Shown here one piece after another: positions 49,019 through 59,505 of a stretch of 64,000 bases of DNA (within the stretch, counting starts at the first letter, position 1; the number at the start of each line of letters is the position of its first letter). The notes below the pieces were generated by a model. It was not told the origin of the DNA. It did not search any database and saw nothing but the letters and a program-made list of their open reading frames with translations. The position numbers and the translations under genes are program-made. Origin of the DNA: an uncultured Gemmatimonadaceae bacterium (GTDB taxonomy: Bacteria > Gemmatimonadota > Gemmatimonadetes > Gemmatimonadales > Gemmatimonadaceae); the NCBI GenBank assembly GCA_963790305.1, contig CAWBOC010000006.1:256001-320000 (forward strand). The letters are read 5' to 3'.

Positions 49019-50709
49019 AAGAACACCGGTTCCCTGTAGGCGCCGAAGACATCCTCCATCGCCCGCCGAATCTCGTACAGGGTGCAGTAGCACCGCGCGC
49101 AATCGAGGATGTATGGCATGAGGTTCTCGGTTCCCCGGGCGGCGGTGCGGAGCGCGTCGAGCCGGCGCGCCACGAGATCGTTGTCACGCGCGGCTCGCAT
49201 CCGCTGCATGCGCGCACGCTGCTCGCGATCGGCCTCTTCGCCGACGCGCAGCAACGGAATCGTAAGCTCCGATTCCTCGGTGACGAACTCGTTGACGCCG
49301 ACGATGATCCGGCGCCGCTGCTCGATCTCCCACTGCTGACGGGCGGCGGACTCAGCAATGCGCCGCTGGAGCCATCCGGTTTCGAGAGCGCGAACGACAC
49401 CCCCGGCGCGCTCGATCTCCTCGAATAGCGTCTCAGCCTCCCGCTCCATCTGATCGGTCAGCGATTCGACGTAGTACGAGCCGCCGAGGGGGTCGAGCAC
49501 GTTGGGAATCCCCGTCTCGTAGCCGAGCACCTGCTGGGTTCGAAGCGCGACCTGAACCGCGCTTTCGGTCGGCAGCGCGAGCGTCTCGTCCATTGAGTTG
49601 GTGTGCAGCGACTGCGTTCCGCCAAGGACCGCCGCCAGCGCCTGATACGCGACGCGAACGACGTTGTTCATCGGCTGCTGCGCGGTGAGCGTGACACCCG
49701 CGGTCTGTGAGTGAAACCGCATGATCCACGAGCGCGGACTCGTCGCGCCGTACCGATCCTTCATGTGGCGCGCCCAGATGCGGCGCGCCGCGCGAAGCTT
49801 GGCGATCTCCTCGAAGAAGTCGTTATGAATGTCCCAGAAGAACGAGAGGCGCGGGGCGAACTCATCGACGTCGAGACCGCGAGCGATGCCCCGCTCGACG
49901 TACGTGAACCCATCGGCGAGCGTGAAGGCAAGCTCCTGCACGGCGGTCGACCCCGCCTCGCGGATGTGGTAGCCGGAGATCGAGATCGTGTTCCAGAGTG
50001 GCGCGTGCTCCGCGCCCCAATCGAAGCAGTCGACGATGAGACGCAACGCGGGCTCAATGGGAAAGCACCAGGCGTGCTGCGCCATGTACTCTTTGAGAAT
50101 GTCGTTCTGAATCGTTCCGCGGAGGGCGGTCGATGGGACGCCCTGCTTCTCCGCGGCGGCGATGTAGAACGCCCAGAGAATGATCGCCGGTCCATTGATG
50201 GTCATCGACGTCGAGACCTTGTCGAGGGGAATGCCCTCGAAGAGCGTCTCCATGTCGGCCAGGCTCGAGATCGCGACGCCGCACTTGCCGACTTCACCTT
50301 CCGACCGGGGATGGTCGGAGTCGTACCCCATCAAGGTCGGGAAATCGAAGGCGACCGAGAGCCCGGTCTGTCCGTGCTCGAGCAGGAACTTGTAGCGGGC
50401 GTTCGTCTCCGTGGCCGTGCCGAAGCCGGCGAACTGCCGCATCGTCCACAGCTTGCCGCGATAGCCGGTGGGGTGGATCCCGCGCGTGAACGGGAACTCG
50501 CCGGGAACGCCGACTGTGGTGGGATCCTGCGCCAAGGTATCGAGCGCGGTATACAACGGCGCCACTTCGTGCGTGGAGTTCATGAACCCAATGTCGCGCT
50601 TGTCGCCGCGCGCGTATCGCTCGCGCCACGCCTCGACCTGCTTGCGCAGCTGCTCGATCTCCTCGCGCTGCTCGCGCACCGTCTCCGAAAGATCACGCAG
50701 ACTGGTCAT
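49015..50709 (-). CDS. Acyl-CoA mutase large subunit with isobutyryl-CoA mutase signature (IcmA-like)
   Basis: [52 protein letters not shown]. Confidence 0.9.
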   Translation of the reverse strand: MTSLRDLSETVREQREEIEQLRKQVEAWRERYARGDKRDIGFMNSTHEVAPLYTALDTLAQDPTTVGVPGEFPFTRGIHPTGYRGKLWTMRQFAGFGTATETNARYKFLLEHGQTGLSVAFDFPTLMGYDSDHPRSEGEVGKCGVAISSLADMETLFEGIPLDKVSTSMTINGPAIILWAFYIAAAEKQGVPSTALRGTIQNDILKEYMAQHAWCFPIEPALRLIVDCFDWGAEHAPLWNTISISGYHIREAGSTAVQELAFTLADGFTYVERGIARGLDVDEFAPRLSFFWDIHNDFFEEIAKLRAARRIWARHMKDRYGATSPRSWIMRFHSQTAGVTLTAQQPMNNVVRVAYQALAAVLGGTQSLHTNSMDETLALPTESAVQVALRTQQVLGYETGIPNVLDPLGGSYYVESLTDQMEREAETLFEEIERAGGVVRALETGWLQRRIAESAARQQWEIEQRRRIIVGVNEFVTEESELTIPLLRVGEEADREQRARMQRMRAARDNDLVARRLDALRTAARGTENLMPYILDCARCYCTLYEIRRAMEDVFGAYREPVFF

Positions 50710-51770
50710 GTCCGTCCTCGCGTCAACAGGTCGCCACTTCGTTTCAACAGCGCATCCGCCGCCGCGAACGGCGTGAGGGCGCCACTCTCCAGCTCGGGAA
50801 GCTTCTCCTCGATCCATGCATTGGTCGCGTCGTCGCGCCAGAGCCGGGCTCGCACACGGTCTTCCACGACCTCTACCACTCTCTCCCGAAGACGTTGGCG
50901 ACGCCGCGCGCGCAACGCACCACTGCGTTCAAGATAAGCGAAATGCCGGTCAATCGCCCCGATGAGATCGTGAATCCCCTCGCCCTTCGTCCCCACCGTC
51001 GACAGCACGGGGGGTGTCCAATGGTCGGCCTCGGTCTCCGCCGCCTTACGCGCCATGCGTGCCGGGTTGGCGCTTCGCATTTCAACGCCGTGGTGCGCCG
51101 GAATGCTTCGGAATGCATGTCCCATGCGCAGCCCAAGCATGAGCTCCACTTCGTGCTTGAGTCGGTCCGCACCCGGCCGATCGGCCTTGTTGATGACGAA
51201 GACGTCGGCGATCTCCATCAGCCCCGCCTTGAGGGTCTGGATGGAATCACCCGACTCGGGGACGAGCGCGACCACGCTGGTATCGGCCATGCGCGCAATG
51301 TCGAGCTCGCTCTGTCCCACGCCGACCGTCTCGATGATTATGCGATCAAACCCGAATCCATCGAGGACATCGGCAACTTCACGGGTCGTGGCAGCCAGGC
51401 CACCAAGGGAGCCCCGCGTGGCCATCGATCGGATGAAGACACCCGGGTCGAGCGCAACGCTCTCCATGCGAATGCGGTCGCCGAGGAGGGCGCCTCCCGT
51501 GAATGGCGACGTCGGATCTACGGCGACGACGCCCACCGTGAGGCCGGCTGCTCGATAGGCAGCGGTGAGCCCCGTCGACAAGGTGCTCTTCCCCGCGCCA
51601 GGCGGTCCAGTGAGGCCGATGCGTCGCGAGCGACCCAGGCGGGGGTGCAGGGCCGCCAGCAGCTCGTCGAAGCCAGCGCGATGATTCTCCACGATGCTCA
51701 CCGCGCGCGCGAGCGCTGCCGGCTGTCGGACCTCGAACGAGGCGAGCAGTTTGCGCACGGCCTCGCTCAT
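50706..51770 (-). CDS. meaB: Mutase-associated GTPase chaperone
   Basis: [41 protein letters not shown]. Confidence 0.95.
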   Translation of the reverse strand: MSEAVRKLLASFEVRQPAALARAVSIVENHRAGFDELLAALHPRLGRSRRIGLTGPPGAGKSTLSTGLTAAYRAAGLTVGVVAVDPTSPFTGGALLGDRIRMESVALDPGVFIRSMATRGSLGGLAATTREVADVLDGFGFDRIIIETVGVGQSELDIARMADTSVVALVPESGDSIQTLKAGLMEIADVFVINKADRPGADRLKHEVELMLGLRMGHAFRSIPAHHGVEMRSANPARMARKAAETEADHWTPPVLSTVGTKGEGIHDLIGAIDRHFAYLERSGALRARRRQRLRERVVEVVEDRVRARLWRDDATNAWIEEKLPELESGALTPFAAADALLKRSGDLLTRGRT

Positions 51771-53398
51771 CGCCACCGGCGCACTCCGCGGAAGGGATTC
51801 GACAGGAGATGCGGAGGAAGGAAGAAGATCACGAGAAAGAAAAACAGGGACGCCGCGAGCGAAGCGCCGAGGATGAGCAGGTTGCGATGGACGATGAAGG
51901 TGACCGCCCCCACGAGTGCTACCACGCACGCGAACGCGGCCAACAGGACGCGGCGGGTTTGCCGCATGACGAACTGCTGCATCTCGATCACGTCGCGCGG
52001 GTGCGCGCGAACGCGAAGCTCGTCACGGCCGGCTCGACGCAGCACATCTCGCATCTCCCGAGCTGCCCCGGCGAGCTCGTTGACCCAGTTCTGCACCGCC
52101 TCGCGGCCATCGGCGCCGAATACCGTGCGCATCAGCACCGGCCGCAGCTTGCGCACGATAGGCGTCGCGAACTGCACGCCGTTGAACTCCGGGTCGTAAC
52201 GGAACCCAATGCCCTCCACCAGCGCCGCCGCACGCCCGAAATACACCAGCTCGCTCGGCAGCATGATCGGCCACCGGTAGAAGGTGTCGAGCACCTCGTT
52301 GACGATGCGCTGGATCTGCCGAGGCTTGGCGTCGGGAGTGAACGCGACCTTCATGATCGCTCGCGCAGCATCGCGCACCGTTCCGCGATCGACTTCGGGA
52401 TCCAGGAGTCCGAGCTCGTAGAATCCCGCGATCACGCCGTCGACATCCTGCCGCACTGCGGACATCACCGTGGCAATGAGCCGAGCCCGCGTTTCCTGCT
52501 CGACGCGAATCACCATGCCGAAGTCGAGCAGGACGAGGCGTCCTTCCGGATCGACCAGGAGATTGCCGGGATGCGGGTCGGCGTGAAAGACGCCATCGAC
52601 CAGCATCATCTGCACGTACACTTCGATGATCGTCTCGATCAGCGCATCGAGCGACACATTGCCGGCGACGATACGCTCCTGGAGCCGGTCGATCTTCGTC
52701 CCCTCCATGAACTCCAGCACGAGCACGCGGCGCCGTGTGTACGGCTCGATGATCTCCGGCACGCGCACCCGCGGATCAGCGGCGAAGTTCGCGCGGATCA
52801 TTCCCGCATTGCGCGCTTCCTCGCGGAAGTCCATCTCCTCCTCAATGCGCTTCGCGAATTCGCGAACGATCGTGGTGATCGCTCGGACGTGGTGGTTGGG
52901 AAAGAGGACGTTGACAAAGAAGAGGACCCGGAACGCCGCCTCGAGGTCGGTCGCCACGAGCTCCTCGACGCCGGGCCGCAGCACTTTCACGACCACATCC
53001 CGTTCATCGAGTCGCGCTCGGTGCACCTGCCCGAGCGAGGCGGCCGCCAGCGGTTCCGGCTCGAGCGCCGCGAAAATTTCCTGTGCGGGACGGCCATACT
53101 CTCGTTCAATGACGGCCTCGACCTCCTCGAGCGAAATGGGAGGCACCCGGTCGGTGAGCGCGCCAATCTCGGACAGGTAGGGTTCAGGCAGAATGTCGGC
53201 GCGGGAGGCGAACACCTGCGCGAGCTTGATGAACGTCGGGCCGAGCTCCGCGAGCGTCACCGTCAACCGCCTCGCACGCTTGCGGTGGACCTCGGCCGCG
53301 ACGCGCCGTGGCCGGCCGATTAGCAGAAAGCGCTTGCGATCGCGAAGGAAGGCGATGACGAACGGGAAGAGGCGCGTGAAGACGGCGAACGCACGCAC
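51767..53398 (-). CDS. ABC1/UbiB/AarF atypical kinase family protein
   Basis: LGPTFIKLAQ, AAASLGQVH, VKV, HADPHPGN, DFGM; C-terminal transmembrane helices. Confidence 0.93.
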   Translation of the reverse strand: MRAFAVFTRLFPFVIAFLRDRKRFLLIGRPRRVAAEVHRKRARRLTVTLAELGPTFIKLAQVFASRADILPEPYLSEIGALTDRVPPISLEEVEAVIEREYGRPAQEIFAALEPEPLAAASLGQVHRARLDERDVVVKVLRPGVEELVATDLEAAFRVLFFVNVLFPNHHVRAITTIVREFAKRIEEEMDFREEARNAGMIRANFAADPRVRVPEIIEPYTRRRVLVLEFMEGTKIDRLQERIVAGNVSLDALIETIIEVYVQMMLVDGVFHADPHPGNLLVDPEGRLVLLDFGMVIRVEQETRARLIATVMSAVRQDVDGVIAGFYELGLLDPEVDRGTVRDAARAIMKVAFTPDAKPRQIQRIVNEVLDTFYRWPIMLPSELVYFGRAAALVEGIGFRYDPEFNGVQFATPIVRKLRPVLMRTVFGADGREAVQNWVNELAGAAREMRDVLRRAGRDELRVRAHPRDVIEMQQFVMRQTRRVLLAAFACVVALVGAVTFIVHRNLLILGASLAASLFFFLVIFFLPPHLLSNPFRGVRRWR

Positions 53399-53399
53399 G

Positions 53400-54644
53400 T
53401 CAGCGCGGCAGCTCGAGCGCGACCGGTGCGCTCGCTCCCGCCGGCGTGACCAGCACGCGGTTCACCCGCGCCGGCTCGGCATCGATGATGGTGATCTCGA
53501 GTCCCGCCAGATGAAACCGCTCGCCCACGACGGGCACTCGACCCAGCGCGCGTGCGAGGACCCCGGCGAGCGGCCGATCGGGCGCCACCCCGCCCGGGAT
53601 GGGGAGGCCAAGCCGCGAAAGGACATCGCCGATTTGCGTGCTCGCTTCGGCGATCGTTGCGCGCTCCGGCTGGCCGGAGCTCGCCGGCACCGGCTCATCG
53701 TGCTCATCACGAATGTCGCCCACCAGCTCCTCGAGGAGATCCTCGAGCGTCACCAGTCCGGCCGTCCCGCCGTACTCGTCAAGCACGATGCCCAGGTGCT
53801 GCCGCTCCCGCAGCATCTCGAACAGCAGCTCGTTGCATCGCTTGGTCAATGGCGCGTGCATCACGGGCCGCAGCTCCGGGGCTTCCTCTCCACGCGTCTT
53901 GAGGACGTCGAAGACGTGCACCATACCGACGATCTCGTCGATGGCGCCACGGTACACCGGAACGCGGCTATATCCCGCCTGTGCGATGAGCCGTGCCATC
54001 TCGCGCGGATGCGTGGCCTCGTCAACGGCAAAGATGGCCGTGCGCGGGGTCATCGCCTCAGCGACGGGCTTTTCCCCGAAACGCACCACGCCAGCGATGA
54101 TCTCCGTCTCGGTATGCTCGCCGATCCCTTCGAGCTCGCCCTCGCGGAGCAGATCCTCGATTTCTTCCTCGCGTGATTCCTCCGCGACGTCTCCGCCCGC
54201 CTGGCGCGCGAAGGGGCGCGCCAGGGCGTGCGCGGCACGCACGAACGGCCACAGAACACCCGACACGGTGCGCAGCACCGGCATGAGGACAGGCAGCAGG
54301 CGCGATGCGCGGCGCCTCGCGATCGCGCGCGGAATGAGCTGTCCCACCACGAGCAGCGCCAACACGAATACGATCGCTTCGATCGCGAGTCGCCCCGGCC
54401 GAGCCTCGCTCGACAGCGCGAGCGCCACCCCCGCCAGCGCGACGACACAGGCGGTCGCCGCCGTGCCTGCCTCGAGCAGGCGCTGCTGGCGATCGAGCGC
54501 TTCCTCATCACCGCCGGCGCCGGCGAGACGCTGGTCGATCCACCGCCGCAGCCAGATGCGCCCAACGGACCGGAGCGATGTCGAGCCCGCGGTGATCGTC
54601 GCCACCGCGAGAAGTGCCAGAATGAGCGCGAGCTCGGCGATCAT
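53400..54644 (-). CDS. Hemolysin/CorC-CNNM family protein (membrane domain, CBS pair, CorC-HlyC domain)
   Basis: MTPR, YSRVPVY, DEYGGTAGLVTLEDLLEELVGDI. Confidence 0.9.
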   Translation of the reverse strand: MIAELALILALLAVATITAGSTSLRSVGRIWLRRWIDQRLAGAGGDEEALDRQQRLLEAGTAATACVVALAGVALALSSEARPGRLAIEAIVFVLALLVVGQLIPRAIARRRASRLLPVLMPVLRTVSGVLWPFVRAAHALARPFARQAGGDVAEESREEEIEDLLREGELEGIGEHTETEIIAGVVRFGEKPVAEAMTPRTAIFAVDEATHPREMARLIAQAGYSRVPVYRGAIDEIVGMVHVFDVLKTRGEEAPELRPVMHAPLTKRCNELLFEMLRERQHLGIVLDEYGGTAGLVTLEDLLEELVGDIRDEHDEPVPASSGQPERATIAEASTQIGDVLSRLGLPIPGGVAPDRPLAGVLARALGRVPVVGERFHLAGLEITIIDAEPARVNRVLVTPAGASAPVALELPR

Positions 54645-55879
54645 CCCTCGCGCCCCGCCAGCGCCTCGAGGCGCTCGAAGTACACACGCTCAATGCGTCG
54701 CCGGGTGACGCGCTCGACCACGATCCGGAAGCCGTCGAGCGTCAGCTCCTCACCCGCTCGCGGGACCCGGCCGAGCGCCTGGAAGATGAGGCCGCCGACG
54801 GTCGCGACATCCTCGCGCTCGAATCGATGACCGAGCGCCGCCGAGAGGTCGTCGAGCGACACGCGGCCCGACACCCAGAAGCGTCGTCCCTCCTGCTCCT
54901 CGATAGGCGCTTCCTCGACGTCGTACTCGTCACGAATGTCGCCTACGATCTGCTCGAGGATGTCCTCGATGGTGACGAGCCCGGCGGTGCCACCGTACTC
55001 GTCGACGACGATGGCGATGTGCGTGCCCGTGGCGCGGAAATCACGAAGCTGCTGATCGATGATCTTCGACGCGGGGACGAATGTCGCCGGGCGAATGAGC
55101 GCCGGCCATCCCTCGTCGGGGGCGCGCTTCGTCAGCACAATGGGAAGCAGGTCCTTCGCGTAGAGGATGCCGACAATGTGGTCGATCGTCTCGTCGTACA
55201 CGGGGAGACGTGCGTGCTCGGAGCTGAGCACACGGTCCATGACCTCGGACCAGGGCGCCCCACGCTCGACCGCCATGATATCGACGCGAGGGACCATGAC
55301 TTCCTGCACCTCGGTGTCACCGAGGGAGAAGACGCCCCGGAGAATCCCGGGCTCGTCTCGCGGAAGCGGCGTGGCGCGATCCCGCTCGCGCTCGCCCAAT
55401 TGCTCCCGAGAGTCGCCCCCTTCGTCCACCTCCTCAGGCGGGAAGGCGCGGTGGAGTCGCGCCTCGGCACGCATGCCAAGCATGACGATCGGCGCAAAGA
55501 TCACCTCGGCGAGACGAACCATGGGACGGAGGGCCGCGAGCATCCGCGCGCCGGCCGCCTCACCCACCGCGCGCGGAGCGGTCTCGAGCAGCATCATCGT
55601 CGCGAACCCAATGAGCAGTCCACCCACCAGCGCGACGGGAAAGAGCGCGCGATGGATCTCGAGGGCGTAGGTGACCGCAATGGCAGCGGTGAGCTGCGCG
55701 GCGATGCGAGCGAACGAAAGGGCGCGGTGCGCACGGCTCCGCGCTCCCATGCCGGCCACCGTGGGACCCTCACCGCGCTCGCGTGGCGGCTCGAGCGCGA
55801 GCAACGCTCCATCGGCCGCGGCCCAAAGCATCCCGAACAGCGCCGCGACGATGGCGATGGTGAGCGCCTCTGGTCTCAC
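54641..55879 (-). CDS. Hemolysin/CorC-CNNM family protein, second paralog
   Basis: VMVPRVD, HARLPVY, DEYGGTAGLVTIEDILEQIVGDI. Confidence 0.9.
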   Translation of the reverse strand: MRPEALTIAIVAALFGMLWAAADGALLALEPPRERGEGPTVAGMGARSRAHRALSFARIAAQLTAAIAVTYALEIHRALFPVALVGGLLIGFATMMLLETAPRAVGEAAGARMLAALRPMVRLAEVIFAPIVMLGMRAEARLHRAFPPEEVDEGGDSREQLGERERDRATPLPRDEPGILRGVFSLGDTEVQEVMVPRVDIMAVERGAPWSEVMDRVLSSEHARLPVYDETIDHIVGILYAKDLLPIVLTKRAPDEGWPALIRPATFVPASKIIDQQLRDFRATGTHIAIVVDEYGGTAGLVTIEDILEQIVGDIRDEYDVEEAPIEEQEGRRFWVSGRVSLDDLSAALGHRFEREDVATVGGLIFQALGRVPRAGEELTLDGFRIVVERVTRRRIERVYFERLEALAGREG

Positions 55880-56324
55880 GCGAGCGCCTCGTCGACGACA
55901 CGCGCCAGGATGCGTTCCTGCCTCTCCCACATCGGCGAGGTCACACGAGATTCATCGTCCGCATGGTCATACCCGAGCACATGCAGGAGCCCGTGCACCA
56001 GGAGGCGTGCGAGCTCCTCGCGAACCCCTGCGCCGTGGCGGCGCGCGTTCGCGCGGGCAACATCGGGAGCGATGTAATGTCAGCGATCACCGGGCCCCGC
56101 CGCGTCGGTTCGCTGAAGGCGAACGAGATCACGTCCGTCGCGCCGCGGTGCCCGAGGTGCTTGCGATTGAGCGCGGCCATCGTACGGGTGCCGAGGAAGG
56201 TGATCGACACCATCGCCTCGCGCACACCCTCCGAGGTGAGAACGCGCCGCGCGATCTCGGTGATTCGCACACGCGAGAGGGGGAGCCGTACTCCGTCAGC
56301 TGACACGTGCACCGCTATGCTCAT
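55876..56324 (-). CDS. ybeY: rRNA maturation endoribonuclease YbeY; two single-base deletions (~56077 and ~55990)
   Basis: LNRKH..TDVISF; frame-corrected ..DIYIAPDV..VHGLLHVLGYDH.. ending at the TGA at 55876. Confidence 0.9.
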
Positions 56325-58531
56325 GCCGAGGCGAACTCGGATGTCACGCCACCACTGCGCACGGGATAGTCGATTCTCGAGTGATACTTCCCTGTGAGCA
56401 CCCGGGCAAAGGCATCCTTCACCACCTCGATCTGCCGCTGCGTCAGCGGAGCGTCACGGAGCTGCCCCTGATCGATGCGCATGCGCACAATGTGATCGAT
56501 GACTTCCCGAATCTTCTCGGGGGTTGGATCCGACAGCACGCGCGCGGACGCTTCCACTCCGTCAGCCAGCATGCAGACCGCCGTCTCGGCGCTCTGTGGA
56601 ATCGGGCCGGGATACGTGAACTCCATGGTATTCGGCGCGGTGTCGCGCTCCCGCGCTTTCTCGAGGAAGTACGAGATCGAGAGGGTGCCGTGATGCTCCG
56701 GAATAAACGAGGAGATCGCGCGCGGAATGCGATGTTCGGCCGCGAGCTCGAGACCCTCGCGGATGTGCGCGCGAATGATCTGTGCGCTCGCCGCGGGCTT
56801 GAGCTTGTCGTGCGGGTTGCGTCCCTTGGGCTGATTCTCCACAAAGAATTGCGGACGACCCAGCTTGCCAATGTCGTGGAAGTAGGTGCCGACGCGACCC
56901 AGCAGACCGTTGGCGCCAATCGCGTTGCAGGCGGCTTCGACCAGATTCGCCATGCGCATCGTGTGGTCGAACGTGCCTGGCGCTTCCATCATCAGCCGGC
57001 GGAGGAGCTGGTGATTGAAGTTCGAGTACTCGAGGAGCGTCAAGTCGGTCGTGATCCCCGTGAGGCGCTCGGCGACCGGCAGCAGGAACATGGCGAGGGC
57101 CACCGAGCCGAGCGCATTGGCGCCGCCCCACATGATGCTGACGAGGATGTCCCGAGGGGGCCAGTCGAGGATCAGACCTAACGCGATGTCGGCCAGCACG
57201 AACGCGCCAAAGATCGTGAGCACGGCGTACACGATCTGCTCTCGACGCCTCAATACCTGAACGCTGATCGCCGCCGCTGCCCCACCGACCAGCCCCAGGA
57301 AGAGGGCATTCGTCCCACGGAAGACGCCTTGACCCCCGACGAGAACGGCGAGAATCATGGCCGCAATGAGGCTGATGCGCGCGTCGAACAGGATGGTCAG
57401 CATCACCGCTGCCAGGGCGATCGGGACCAGCTCGGGACGCGGCGGACGCAGGTGTCCAAAGACCAATGCCGCCACGAGGACTACCGCAAAGAGCAGCGCC
57501 AGCAGGGTGAGCGCTCGGTACGAGCGATAGAGCTGCGCCCGGAAGAGGACGATCGTTATGCCGAAGATGGTGAGAACGAGGGCATTGTAGAGCACGGAGC
57601 CAAGGACGCGGCCGACTGCGCGCTCACCGCCTGTTCGCCGTTCCATTTCCGCCTGAAGAGCGCGAAGCTTGTCGTGCTCCTCTCGCCCCACGACCTCGTG
57701 CTCGCCGACGATCTTCTCCCCTTCACGGACCTCGTACCGCCACTCACTGACGGAGGTACGCAGCTCCTGCCTGCGGCGATCCGTCGCAGCGCGGTCGAGC
57801 ACGATGGTCGGGCGGAAGAGACTGCTGAGCAGCTTGTAGTACAGGCCGTCGCCGATCGAGGAGCTGGGATCGGGATGGAGCTGTCGGGCACGGGCGATCA
57901 GGGTGGTGAACGTCGAGATGCTGTCGGCGAGAACGCTGCGCTCTTCGTCGTTACGGCGCACGATCGCCTCGCCGCGAACGTCGTCGGTGGCACCGCTCGA
58001 CGCGATTCCCTGCGCCAGCCAGCGGCGCAGCACGCGCTCGAGCGCATCCCGCATCGCAAGCCGTCGACCCCGGAATGTCAGGTACTCGGCCTCTGCCTCC
58101 GTGAGCGTAATGCCGTGCCGCGCCGCCGCCTGGAGAACGCGCGCGGCTCCGGTGCGAGGGTCGCCATCGTCGACCGCACGAGAGATGTCGCGGAAGATCG
58201 CTTCCGCCGACCGAACAGCGGAATCGAGCGCCACCGCAGAGTAGACGAAGATGGGCTTCCCCGTCGCCGCGAGCTCATCGCGTTCCTTCTGAAGCTCCGC
58301 GGGTGTCTTTCGAACGCGAAACGCGAATGGCGCAATGACATTGTCGGTGGCGACGGCACCGACCTCGAACAACGGCGACTCGACGGCGGGCAATGACGGG
58401 AAGAGCGCGTACGTCGCGATGGCGAGGGCGATGATGAGTCCGATCCGGGCAGCGTGATACAGCGCGCGGTCCCCGCGTCTCGCGGGAACCTCGGGCAATG
58501 TCATCCGCCGCCACTGATCGCGTAGCGCCAC
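56321..58531 (-). CDS. 7TM-HD phosphohydrolase (PgpH-like)
   Basis: Extracellular domain, multiple transmembrane helices, APGTFDH, HDIGK, EHHGT, MLADGVEA. Confidence 0.9.
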   Translation of the reverse strand: MALRDQWRRMTLPEVPARRGDRALYHAARIGLIIALAIATYALFPSLPAVESPLFEVGAVATDNVIAPFAFRVRKTPAELQKERDELAATGKPIFVYSAVALDSAVRSAEAIFRDISRAVDDGDPRTGAARVLQAAARHGITLTEAEAEYLTFRGRRLAMRDALERVLRRWLAQGIASSGATDDVRGEAIVRRNDEERSVLADSISTFTTLIARARQLHPDPSSSIGDGLYYKLLSSLFRPTIVLDRAATDRRRQELRTSVSEWRYEVREGEKIVGEHEVVGREEHDKLRALQAEMERRTGGERAVGRVLGSVLYNALVLTIFGITIVLFRAQLYRSYRALTLLALLFAVVLVAALVFGHLRPPRPELVPIALAAVMLTILFDARISLIAAMILAVLVGGQGVFRGTNALFLGLVGGAAAAISVQVLRRREQIVYAVLTIFGAFVLADIALGLILDWPPRDILVSIMWGGANALGSVALAMFLLPVAERLTGITTDLTLLEYSNFNHQLLRRLMMEAPGTFDHTMRMANLVEAACNAIGANGLLGRVGTYFHDIGKLGRPQFFVENQPKGRNPHDKLKPAASAQIIRAHIREGLELAAEHRIPRAISSFIPEHHGTLSISYFLEKARERDTAPNTMEFTYPGPIPQSAETAVCMLADGVEASARVLSDPTPEKIREVIDHIVRMRIDQGQLRDAPLTQRQIEVVKDAFARVLTGKYHSRIDYPVRSGGVTSEFASA

Positions 58532-58533
58532 GC

Positions 58534-59505
58534 TTACTCCGTTCCCGAGTCCTTCGCGTACGCCTTGATGATCTCACGCACCAGGCGGTGGCGAATGACG
58601 TCGGATTCGTTGAAGTAGTGAAACCCTATCCCCTCGATGCCATGAAGAATGCGCTCTACCTGCAAGAGTCCCGACTGTTCGCGCGACGGCAGGTCGATCT
58701 GCGTCTTGTCGCCCGTAATCACCGCCTTGGAATTCACCCCCAGGCGCGTAAGGAACATCTTCATCTGCGCTGATGTGGCGTTTTGCGCCTCATCCAGGAT
58801 CACAAATGCATCGGACAGCGTGCGCCCCCGCATATACGCCAACGGGGCGATCTCGATCACGCGCGTCTCCAGAGAGCGCTGCACACGCTCCGCGGGCATC
58901 ATGTCATCGAGGGCGTCGTAGAGAGGACGCAGGTACGGGTCCACTTTCGCCTGCATGTCACCCGGCAAGAACCCGAGGCTCTCCCCGGCCTCGACGGCGG
59001 GACGAGCGAGGACGATGCGCCGCACGCGTTTGCGCGTGAGCGCGTCGACCGCCATCGCGACGGCGAGATAGGTCTTGCCGGTCCCGGCGGGCCCGATGCC
59101 AATGACGATGTCGTGGTCGTTGATGAGCTGGAGATAGCGCGCCTGTCCGGGGGTCTTCGGCTGCACGATGCGCCGCACACCCGGCAGCACGATGCGCATT
59201 TCCCCGGGCGCTCCAGCGCCATCGTCCCGCGGGAGACCGGCGCCGCCGTCCTCGCTCATTCGGAGGACGTCATCGGCGCTCAGCGTGTTCTGCTGCTTGG
59301 CCTGATCGATCATGCGCTGGGCGAGCGTCGCGGCGCGCTCGACGATCTCCACCGGCCCGTTCATCGTGAGGGTGTCACCGCGCAGCGAGATCTTCGCCCC
59401 GGTGAGACGCGACAGCTCGATGAGATTGGCGTCATTGACGCCGGCGAGCGTGAGGAGATCCACTCCCTCGGTCGAGAGTCGGTGCGTGACCGTTTCGTCG
59501 CTCAA
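58534..59505 (-). CDS. phoH: PhoH family ATPase
   Basis: GPAGTGKT, RPAVEAGESLGFLPG, YMRGRT, DEAQN. Confidence 0.95.
   Translation of the reverse strand: MSDETVTHRLSTEGVDLLTLAGVNDANLIELSRLTGAKISLRGDTLTMNGPVEIVERAATLAQRMIDQAKQQNTLSADDVLRMSEDGGAGLPRDDGAGAPGEMRIVLPGVRRIVQPKTPGQARYLQLINDHDIVIGIGPAGTGKTYLAVAMAVDALTRKRVRRIVLARPAVEAGESLGFLPGDMQAKVDPYLRPLYDALDDMMPAERVQRSLETRVIEIAPLAYMRGRTLSDAFVILDEAQNATSAQMKMFLTRLGVNSKAVITGDKTQIDLPSREQSGLLQVERILHGIEGIGFHYFNESDVIRHRLVREIIKAYAKDSGTE

Noticed and set aside
49015..50709. Annotation as methylmalonyl-CoA mutase
   Set aside because: It lacks the Tyr/Arg carboxylate-binding pair and has Phe/Gln instead.
55876..56324. ybeY and other frameshifted genes as true pseudogenes or programmed frameshifts
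   Set aside because: Both sides of each break are well conserved, no in-frame stops or slippery heptamers were seen, and several are core genes, so sequencing error is the simpler explanation.
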